A stretch of 64,000 nucleotides of DNA. Source: Candidatus Moraniibacteriota bacterium. GTDB lineage: Bacteria; Patescibacteriota; Minisyncoccia; Moranbacterales; UBA2206. The position numbers and the translations under genes were made by a program. The DNA lies in NCBI GenBank assembly GCA_003483065.1, contig DMWY01000008.1, positions 2,177-66,176 on the forward strand, read 5' to 3'. Shown here piece after piece: positions 10,069 to 16,791 of this stretch (position 1 is the stretch's first letter; the number at the start of each line of letters is the position of its first letter). A model generated the notes under the pieces. That model did no database searches. It had not been told where the DNA came from and was given only the letters and a program-made list of their open reading frames with translations.

Positions 10069-10088
10069 CCTGCCTGCCGGCAGGCAGG
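10069..10088. repeat. Perfect 20-bp palindrome CCTGCCTGCCGGCAGGCAGG
   Basis: Self-complementary; sits among TGCTAAT/TACGAAT/TGCGAAT heptamer-like repeats after rpoD. Confidence 0.85.
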
Positions 10089-10139
10089 AATGCTAATCTG
10101 CTAATTGCGAATAATACGAAGTTATCCACAGCCTTGGAT

Positions 10140-10167
10140 TTGACAAAAAAAATAGATGTGCTAAATT
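10140..10167 (+). promoter_or_regulatory. Sigma70 promoter of attenuated unit 1
   Basis: TTGACA-16nt-TAAATT with an extended TG, just upstream of the leader ATG at 10174. Confidence 0.65.
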
Positions 10168-10173
10168 AAATTC

Positions 10174-10272
10174 ATGAAAAACATGCAAACTAAAATATCA
10201 TTTATATTGTCTGTGATTATTTTGTTGGTCTTTGAGACCGGCCTTGGTTTGCGTGAAATGAAAAAAGCATAA
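10174..10272 (+). CDS. Leader peptide, Ile/Leu/Val-rich (32 aa)
   Basis: MKNMQTKISFILSVIILLVFETGLGLREMKKA*; overlaps the antiterminator arm 10234-10250. Confidence 0.75.
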   Translation: MKNMQTKISFILSVIILLVFETGLGLREMKKA

Positions 10273-10329
10273 GGAAGAAAATCATTTCAAATAAATCAAG
10301 ACCGATCTCTTCAAAAAGACCGGTTTTTT
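10227..10329 (+). promoter_or_regulatory. Transcription attenuator 1 (pause hairpin, antiterminator, terminator)
   Basis: Pause hairpin GGTCT-TTG-AGACC. Arm 10234-10250 pairs with 10293-10309 (15 of 17 including GU). Terminator ACCGATCT/AGACCGGT (10301-10324) plus T-run. Confidence 0.75.
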
Positions 10330-10440
10330 AGTTCTTTAAAACAAAGCTAGCAGTCAAAACAATGATTTTGCGGGAACTCGAAATTATTGATTTGACTGTT
10401 AGATGAATATTTAATTAATCTCAACGCAACGGAGGTATGC

Positions 10441-10866
10441 ATGAGAATAAATACACAGATATCCATTATCGCTTTAAGGAAAGATGGAAAAATAATAGTC
10501 CCGCCGGGGGATTATAATTTAATAGGTGCTTTTCTAGAGCCTGATATGATAGATGGATTTTTATTTCTGGATCAAGAAATATTTATCGGAAACTTACTAT
10601 TTGATTTGCTAAAAAAAAGTAAATTAATTAAAACATTGGATGAACAGGAGGTAATGATGGGTAAAAAAGGCATCAATAATAAGAGAAGAAAAAAAACGGA
10701 TAACTTGGCACCCATTATTCTCTCGCAGAGAATCCTTGAAGGGGCAAAAGTCGTTGGAATTGCGGGGCTGTTAGGAGGGATGGATATTCATGAGAAATAT
10801 TTCAGTGAAAATATCCGCGGAGTAGTCAATATGGCTGGTAGAATAGGAGGAAAGCCGTTTTTCTAA
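10441..10866 (+). CDS. Hypothetical protein downstream of the ILV-type attenuator
   Basis: 141-aa ORF with a strong GGAGGT RBS; no motif recognised. Confidence 0.6.
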   Translation: MRINTQISIIALRKDGKIIVPPGDYNLIGAFLEPDMIDGFLFLDQEIFIGNLLFDLLKKSKLIKTLDEQEVMMGKKGINNKRRKKTDNLAPIILSQRILEGAKVVGIAGLLGGMDIHEKYFSENIRGVVNMAGRIGGKPFF

Positions 10867-11037
10867 AAAAAATAAAACGAAAGATACCCTCTCAAAAAAA
10901 ATATGGGGAGCATAAGTGCTCACAAGGCGCTTAAGCTTAAGAAGGACTTAACCATAGTCCCTCCCGATAAAACAGGAGAAGGGTGTAACCGCACCTTTCT
11001 CCTGAATCTAAAAAATAAAGTCAGTTTTTTTATATAG

Positions 11038-11066
11038 TTGACAAAAAAATAGGAAGTTGCTAAGAT
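11038..11066 (+). promoter_or_regulatory. Sigma70 promoter of attenuated unit 2
   Basis: TTGACA-17nt-TAAGAT with an extended TG; similar to the promoter at 10140. Confidence 0.7.
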
Positions 11067-11080
11067 GAAAAAGTAAAAAT

Positions 11081-11176
11081 ATGTCAAAACAACCTAGTCA
11101 AAAATTTTATAGCTTTTCTTACTTTTATTTCTGGTTTAGCCAGATCGGTTTTGTTTTGCATAAAATGAAAGCATAA
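11081..11176 (+). CDS. Leader peptide, Phe/Tyr/Trp-rich (31 aa)
   Basis: MSKQPSQKFYSFSYFYFWFSQIGFVLHKMKA*; nine aromatic codons in an 11-codon block; upstream of pheA/tyrA. Confidence 0.85.
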   Translation: MSKQPSQKFYSFSYFYFWFSQIGFVLHKMKA

Positions 11177-11232
11177 AAGACATATTCATTTTAAACAGAC
11201 CAAAGCCGATCTCACGCGAGACCGGTTTTTTT
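11130..11232 (+). promoter_or_regulatory. Transcription attenuator 2
   Basis: Pause hairpin TCTGG/CCAGA. Antiterminator AGATCGGTTTTG (11142-11153) with CAAAGCCGATCT (11201-11212). Terminator GCCGATCTC-ACGC-GAGACCGGT plus T-run. Confidence 0.85.
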
Positions 11233-11379
11233 GTTCTTTAAAACTGTTTTTTGGAGTTTTGATGGTTAAAATAAGAAGTTCATTTTGTCATTGCGAGCAT
11301 ATCGAAGCAATCTAGAATTTTTATTTTAACTATCAACACTAACCAATAAACAAAAAACAAGCAAGAAAGGAGTTGTAAG

Positions 11380-11775
11380 ATGAAAAGCTTAAGTAACCGA
11401 AAAGGTCTTCCTGTTGATTTTTCCACAATGAGTATAAGTGACCTCACTCTCATTATTCAGATTATTGAGGCACTTATATTAAAAGCCGAAAAAAAAGACG
11501 GGAAGCTTGTGGGGAGTGATGAAGACATTGCAAGGATTACTGTCCCACTCAGACGTCTGGCTGAAGTTTTCCATATTGATTATTTCATAAATATCAGGAT
11601 GGAAGTAATTAATAAAACCGTTAATGAAATTAAAAGATCTCTCGGAGCTCTTTCTGCTTTGGAAGCTGATTTCTTTTTACTGATAAAAGAAAAAAATAAA
11701 GATTCCCAAAAAGAAAAAAAGAACCTGCCTGGCCTGAGAGTGGCAACCTCTAGCGGTGTTTACAAAACCGCCTAG
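11380..11775 (+). CDS. Hypothetical protein between the aromatic attenuator and pheA
   Basis: 131-aa ORF with an AAGGAG RBS; no motif recognised. Confidence 0.6.
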   Translation: MKSLSNRKGLPVDFSTMSISDLTLIIQIIEALILKAEKKDGKLVGSDEDIARITVPLRRLAEVFHIDYFINIRMEVINKTVNEIKRSLGALSALEADFFLLIKEKNKDSQKEKKNLPGLRVATSSGVYKTA

Positions 11776-11790
11776 TAAACTCCGAAAAAA

Positions 11791-11822
11791 GCAATGGTGG
11801 ACGACGCTTCGTCCACCATTGC
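11791..11822. other. 14-bp stem-loop without a T-run
   Basis: GCAATGGTGGACGA-CGCT-TCGTCCACCATTGC; possible mRNA-stabilising or processing hairpin. Confidence 0.6.
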
Positions 11823-11876
11823 CCCAAACTATTAAAATTGGTAAACTTTAAATATTACTAAAAATAAATCAAACTT

Positions 11877-12452
11877 ATGTCTCAAAAAATCAAAATCGGC
11901 GTTTCGGGTAATCGAGGAAGTTTTTCGGAAGAAGCCGCTAACTATTATTGCGGAAAAAATAGCATAACTGAATATGAGCTTTCCTATCTAACTAGCGTGG
12001 AAAATGTTCTCTCGGCGCTGGATGAAGGAAAAATTAACAAAGGAGTTTTCCCAATTGAAAATTCCAATGGTGGAATTGTGATTGAAGCGGTCAATGCTAT
12101 GTCAAAACATATTTTCAATATTGAGAAAATGTTTGAAATTGACATTCGAATGAATTTGATGGCGAAAAAAGGCACAAAATTAGAGGATATAAAGAAGATA
12201 ACTTCTCATCAACAAGCCCTTCGGCAATGTCGAATGTATCTCAAGCGAAAGTGGCCAGAAGCAGAACTTTCGGAATATTGCGACACGGCTAGCGCAGCCA
12301 AAGATTTGAGCGAGGGAGTTTTGCCAGAAAATTCGGCGGTTATCGCTCCGAGAATTTGCGCCGAGTTATATAATCTCGATCTATTAGAAGAGAGTATACA
12401 GGATTTGAAGTTTAATTTTACAACTTTTATTGTGGCTGTTAAAGTTAAATAA
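11877..12452 (+). CDS. pheA: Prephenate dehydratase, catalytic domain only (no ACT domain)
   Basis: GNRGSFSEEAA, PIENSNGG, SHQQALRQC, TASAA, IQDLKFNFTTF (normally NxTRF); 191 aa. Confidence 0.85.
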   Translation: MSQKIKIGVSGNRGSFSEEAANYYCGKNSITEYELSYLTSVENVLSALDEGKINKGVFPIENSNGGIVIEAVNAMSKHIFNIEKMFEIDIRMNLMAKKGTKLEDIKKITSHQQALRQCRMYLKRKWPEAELSEYCDTASAAKDLSEGVLPENSAVIAPRICAELYNLDLLEESIQDLKFNFTTFIVAVKVK

Positions 12453-12476
12453 AAGATTAAAAAATTTAATACTTAT

Positions 12477-12626
12477 AGGACTTACGCATTTGCTTACGTC
12501 AAGATATGCTTGTCGCAAAAGCAACTATAAAATGCAACAATTCGCCAGTAATTAAAAACTGTTTAGGAAAAATATTTTTCTGGCGACTGCGTTAATATCT
12601 TTTCCGCAATCAAACGCGTAAATCCT
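12477..12626. mobile_element. MITE-like element with related termini and a different interior
   Basis: AGGACTTACGCATTTG...CAAACGCGTAAATCCT with internal IRs AAGATAT/ATATCTT and TCGCCAG/CTGGCGA. Confidence 0.7.
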
Positions 12627-12639
12627 GAATTATATTTTT

Positions 12640-13665
12640 ATGAAATCAAAGAAGAAAATTTGCATAGTTGGTTTAGGGCGTTTTGGAACGCTCATTGCTT
12701 CAATTTTGAAAAAAGATTTTGAAGTTTCTGTGATGGTCAGTGACGCAAAAAAATATTTTGAAAAAGCAGAAAAGTTAGGAATAAAGATCATAGACAAAGA
12801 AGATTTGAAAATTTTTGATATCGTTATTCTTTGCCCACCAATTTCAAAAACTGAGCAAATAATCAAAGAAATCGGACCATTTCTAAAGGAAAAATCATTG
12901 CTGGTTGATACTTGTTCGGTAAAAACTTTGCCTTGCCAGTGGATGAAAAAACATGCGCCAAAAAATGTTGAAATTTTAGGAACTCATCCAATGTTTGGGC
13001 CGGTGACGACAAAATTTAATCTTGAAAAACAAACCTGGAAACTAGATGGGCTTCAAATTGTTCTTTGCCCCTTGAGAATAAATCAAAAAAAATTAGAAAA
13101 GATAAGGAAATTTTTGAAAAAACTAAAACTAAAAGTAATTGAAACGACCCCGCAGGAGCATGATCGGCAAAACGCCAAAACTTTGGCTCTAGTTCATTTC
13201 CTAGGCCGAGCCTTAGTAACCTCGGGTGTTAAGGAGCAAGAAATTTTCACTCCCGGATACGCTGATCTTTTGAAAATTATCCCTCACACTGCTAGCGACA
13301 ATTGGCAATTGTTTTTTGACATGAATAATTTCAATCCATTTTCCGAGAAGATTAGAAAAGATTTTTTGAGAAGTTGTCATAATTTGGATTTCAAGATTGC
13401 ATTTTCAAAAGGAAAGGATGATTTGGAGTCATCTAGAAATATAATTGATTCAGTTGATGAGAAGGTATTTGAGCTTCTTAAGATTCGTTTTGGAGAAGTT
13501 AGAAAAATTGGGAAAACAAAAAAGAAAATCGGAAAAAATGTTCGAGACACAAAAAGAGAAGAGAGAATTATTGAAAATAAAGTTAGAAAATTTAAAATGG
13601 ATAAAGAATTGGTAGAAAATATCTACAAGGCTATTTTTAATCATTCATATAAAATTCAAAAATGA
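12640..13665 (+). CDS. tyrA: Prephenate dehydrogenase with a C-terminal chorismate mutase (AroQ-type) domain
   Basis: Rossmann IVGLGRFG, DTCSVK, HPMFGP, EHDRQ; C-terminal RNIIDSVDEKVFELLKIRF...IGKTKK...VRDTKRE. Confidence 0.85.
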   Translation: MKSKKKICIVGLGRFGTLIASILKKDFEVSVMVSDAKKYFEKAEKLGIKIIDKEDLKIFDIVILCPPISKTEQIIKEIGPFLKEKSLLVDTCSVKTLPCQWMKKHAPKNVEILGTHPMFGPVTTKFNLEKQTWKLDGLQIVLCPLRINQKKLEKIRKFLKKLKLKVIETTPQEHDRQNAKTLALVHFLGRALVTSGVKEQEIFTPGYADLLKIIPHTASDNWQLFFDMNNFNPFSEKIRKDFLRSCHNLDFKIAFSKGKDDLESSRNIIDSVDEKVFELLKIRFGEVRKIGKTKKKIGKNVRDTKREERIIENKVRKFKMDKELVENIYKAIFNHSYKIQK

Positions 13666-14765
13666 TACTCTCAAAAAGAATTCAAAAAATTGAAAGCTCG
13701 GGCATCCGGAAGGTTTTTGATTTAGCTGCCAAAAATAAAGGAAAATATGTGAATTTTTCTATTGGTCAACCACATTTTGATGCGCCGAAAAAACTCAAGA
13801 TTTCAGCGCAAAAAGCTATTTCGGATAATTGCAATTCATATACTCCAACCAAAGGAATTTTGAAACTGCGAGAGGAAATTTCCAAAAATCTTAGAGAAAC
13901 TAGGAAAATAAAAACTAACCCAGATAATATTATTGTCACTGCCGGAACTTCCGGGGCAATTTTTTTGCTTTTTTCTTCAATTTTTGATCCAGGAGAAGAA
14001 GTGATTTTGCCAGATCCATATTTCGTGATGTATCAGCAAGTGTTGAATTTTTTGGGAGTGAAGATAAAATATTTGGACACCTATCCGGATTTTCATATCA
14101 ATCCAGAAAAATTGGAAAAACTAATCACTCAAAAAACCAAGGCGATAATTCTCAATTCTCCCAACAATCCGACGGGGGCAGTTTATGCCAAAAAAGAAAT
14201 AGAAGTAGTGGTTAGAATTGCCAAGAAAAACAATCTATTGATTGTCTCTGATGAAATTTATGACGCATATGATTATGATCAGAATTTTTTCTCGCCCGCA
14301 TCAATTTATGAAAAAACAATTCTGCTTAGTGGTTTTTCCAAAAGTCATTCCATCACTGGTTGGCGAATTGGCTATGCTTATGGACCAAATGAAATTATCG
14401 AAGCGATGAATAAGTTGCAACAATATACTTTCGTCTGCGCGCCTTCCTTTGCGCAATTTGCAATGCTGGGTAATATTGATTCAATTCCAAAAAACGAAAT
14501 TGCAAATTACAAGAAGAAAAGAGATTTTGTTTATGAAAATCTCAAAGATTTATATGAGCTTAACATTCCTGAAGGCGCTTTCTATGCTTTCATAAAAATT
14601 CCAAAAGATCAGAAAAATTTCATCGAAAAACTTTTGAAAAATAATCTGCTGGTTGTGCCAGGAGAAGTGTTTTCTCAGAAAAAAGGCTATTTCAGAATTT
14701 CTTTTGCCGTGCCGGATGATGAGTTGAAAAAAGGGATAGAAATTCTTAAAAAAGCAATCGCCTAA
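13662..14765 (+). CDS. PLP-dependent class I/II aminotransferase (probable aromatic/aspartate aminotransferase)
   Basis: SIGQPHF, NSPNNPTG, SDEIY, SGFSKSHSITGWRIG; overlaps the tyrA stop. Confidence 0.9.
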   Translation: MILSKRIQKIESSGIRKVFDLAAKNKGKYVNFSIGQPHFDAPKKLKISAQKAISDNCNSYTPTKGILKLREEISKNLRETRKIKTNPDNIIVTAGTSGAIFLLFSSIFDPGEEVILPDPYFVMYQQVLNFLGVKIKYLDTYPDFHINPEKLEKLITQKTKAIILNSPNNPTGAVYAKKEIEVVVRIAKKNNLLIVSDEIYDAYDYDQNFFSPASIYEKTILLSGFSKSHSITGWRIGYAYGPNEIIEAMNKLQQYTFVCAPSFAQFAMLGNIDSIPKNEIANYKKKRDFVYENLKDLYELNIPEGAFYAFIKIPKDQKNFIEKLLKNNLLVVPGEVFSQKKGYFRISFAVPDDELKKGIEILKKAIA

Positions 14766-14804
14766 TCTTTGTTGAAATTTACACACTTAAAAATATTAAA
14801 CGTT

Positions 14805-14838
14805 AAAATAAAACCTTCTTGTTGGAGGTTTTATTTTT
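14805..14838 (+). terminator. Intrinsic terminator after the aromatic amino-acid genes
   Basis: AAAATAAAACCTTC...GGAGGTTTTATTTTTT. Confidence 0.6.
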
Positions 14839-14844
14839 TAAAAA

Positions 14845-14961
14845 TTGTCATTCTGAGCGAAGCTGAAGAATCTACTAAATAATAATTCTAGTAATAATAA
14901 ACAGCAGATCCTTCGACTACATTCTGACGTTAAAACGCCATCACTCCGCTCAGGATGACAA
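14845..14961. repeat. REP/RPE-like composite palindrome
   Basis: TTGTCATTCTGAGCGAAG...GAAGAATCT and AGATCCTTCG...CGCTCAGGATGACAA as inverted halves. Related half-units at 11287-11313 and 24458-24482. Confidence 0.7.
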
Positions 14962-15008
14962 TTATGGGAGATTGAAATATTTGACAACTTTTGCAAGTAG
15001 TATATGAT

Positions 15009-15027
15009 GTACCTAGGGGGGAGGTAC
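15009..15027. promoter_or_regulatory. Probable CsoR operator
   Basis: GTACCT-AGGGGGG-AGGTAC inverted repeat with a G-tract, directly after a TTGACA...TATGAT promoter upstream of csoR. Confidence 0.65.
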
Positions 15028-15093
15028 TTAAAAGTAGAAAGTAGTAAGTATAAAGTAGTAAAAAAGTTTAAATAATAATTAAAAAATAAATCT

Positions 15094-15360
15094 ATGGAAG
15101 AGAATAAAAACACAATAACAGCCTTGAAAAAGGCGCATAGTCATTTGGGTAATGTGATTAAAATGGCGGAAAACAAAGAGTATTGCATTGATATTTTGCA
15201 ACAGAATTTGGCAGTGATTGGACTTTTGAAATCAGCTAACTCCAAAATTTTGGAAGGACATTTGAATAGCTGTTTTCAAAATGCTATGCGGGGGACTAAT
15301 GAAAAAAGAAAAAAAGAAATGATTCATGAAATATTGATGATTAATAAACTTTCAAAATAA
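15094..15360 (+). CDS. csoR: Metal-sensing repressor, CsoR/RcnR family
   Basis: YCIDILQQNLAVIGLL...LEGHLNSC (Cys-His-Cys ligands); heads a copper operon. Confidence 0.85.
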   Translation: MEENKNTITALKKAHSHLGNVIKMAENKEYCIDILQQNLAVIGLLKSANSKILEGHLNSCFQNAMRGTNEKRKKEMIHEILMINKLSK

Positions 15361-15361
15361 A

Positions 15362-16720
15362 ATGAAAAAGAAAATATACATCAAGGGCATGCATTGTGTA
15401 GCTTGTGAAAAAATTCTGGAGGATGAGCTTATGCATGTCCCTTTCGTGAAAGAAGTGAAGGCCGACAGAAAAAAGGGCGAAGTGGAAATTCGTTATGGTG
15501 ACAAAGAGCCTAACACTCTGGCCATCAAAGAAATAGTGAAAAAAATTGGTTATGAGGCTTTTGAAGAGAAACCAGGGGAAGATAACAGCAGGGAAGAAAA
15601 AACAACTTTTATGCAGTGGCTAAAAGCCATTATAATTGTGGCAATAATCTTAGTTGTATTTAGAATTTTTCAGGATGCTGGGATAGTGGACAACATAAAC
15701 ATCAAGGGCGTGGAAGTCTCGCTCGGAATTTCTTTTCTAGTGGGAATAGTAGCTTCACTCTCATCGTGTCTCATTATCGTTGGGGGAGTGATAATCGCTT
15801 TTGGAGAAAAATATAAAGGCGAAGGAAAAGATTTTTTTTCTCGAGCAGTTAAGCCAAATCTAATATTTCACCTTGGAAGACTTACGACTTTTTTTGTACT
15901 GGGTGGATTCCTAGGACTTTTGGGCGGACAGATAAATATCAGTGGGAATTTTGTCGCTGTTTTTTCGATAGCAATCGCACTTATTATGGGATGGCTGGGA
16001 CTAAATATCTTGGGTATAGTTCCTTCAATTTCTAATTTAGGTTTAGGATTACCTAAAAGCCTTACTAGACATTGGGATTTCTTGAAAAGTTCGGAGCATA
16101 AGGCCGCTCCATTTTTACTTGGAGTCTCAAGTTTCTTTTTGCCTTGTGGCTTTACTCAAAGCATGCAAATTTTCGCTCTAACTTCGGGTAGTTTTTGGAC
16201 AGGGGGATTGAGTCTGCTTCTTTTTGCCCTAGGTACTGTGCCATCGCTTTTGATTTTAGGTATCACAGCTTCTTGGTCAAGCAGTAGAAAAATGGTGGTG
16301 TTTCAAAAAGTAGCTGGGATATTAGTTGTGTTATTCGCTTTTTTTACTTTGCAATCCGGTTTGGCCTTGAGGGGAGTAACGACAAATGTCATTAGCACTA
16401 ATGATACAAAACAAACAACTCCTTCATCTTCTACTGAGAAAAAAATTGATGATAAAAATGTGCAAATTGTAGAAATGCGTGTGACGAGCTCAGGTTTTCA
16501 ACCAGCCGTGCTTAAAATCAAAAAAGATATTCCGGTTAAGTGGATTGTGAAAGGCGATCAACTTAGCGGTTGTACTAATAAAATAATTGTTCCAAGTCTG
16601 GAAATTTCCAAGGCATTGGTGTCAGGAGATAATATAATAAATTTCACACCTAAAACTACCGGAACGATTCCTTTTAGTTGTTGGATGGGAATGGTGAAAG
16701 GAAAGTTTATCGTTGAATAA
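15362..16720 (+). CDS. HMA + DsbD/TauE-like membrane domain + cupredoxin fusion protein
   Basis: GMHCVAC, SLSSC and LPCGF in the TM region, C-terminal GC...FSCWMGM. Confidence 0.85.
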   Translation: MKKKIYIKGMHCVACEKILEDELMHVPFVKEVKADRKKGEVEIRYGDKEPNTLAIKEIVKKIGYEAFEEKPGEDNSREEKTTFMQWLKAIIIVAIILVVFRIFQDAGIVDNINIKGVEVSLGISFLVGIVASLSSCLIIVGGVIIAFGEKYKGEGKDFFSRAVKPNLIFHLGRLTTFFVLGGFLGLLGGQINISGNFVAVFSIAIALIMGWLGLNILGIVPSISNLGLGLPKSLTRHWDFLKSSEHKAAPFLLGVSSFFLPCGFTQSMQIFALTSGSFWTGGLSLLLFALGTVPSLLILGITASWSSSRKMVVFQKVAGILVVLFAFFTLQSGLALRGVTTNVISTNDTKQTTPSSSTEKKIDDKNVQIVEMRVTSSGFQPAVLKIKKDIPVKWIVKGDQLSGCTNKIIVPSLEISKALVSGDNIINFTPKTTGTIPFSCWMGMVKGKFIVE

Positions 16721-16791
16721 AAGTATGCGAATAGCGCTGACTCGGGCTATGCCCTCGTCAAATGCGAATGCGCACACGCGAATATAAAATT

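Noticed and set aside
10122-10130. DnaA box TTATCCACA (also 51177-51185) as a replication origin
   Set aside because: Isolated single boxes with no cluster and no dnaA or dnaN nearby.
14838-15113. 91-aa minus-strand ORF
   Set aside because: It spans a palindromic repeat, a promoter and a heptamer array.
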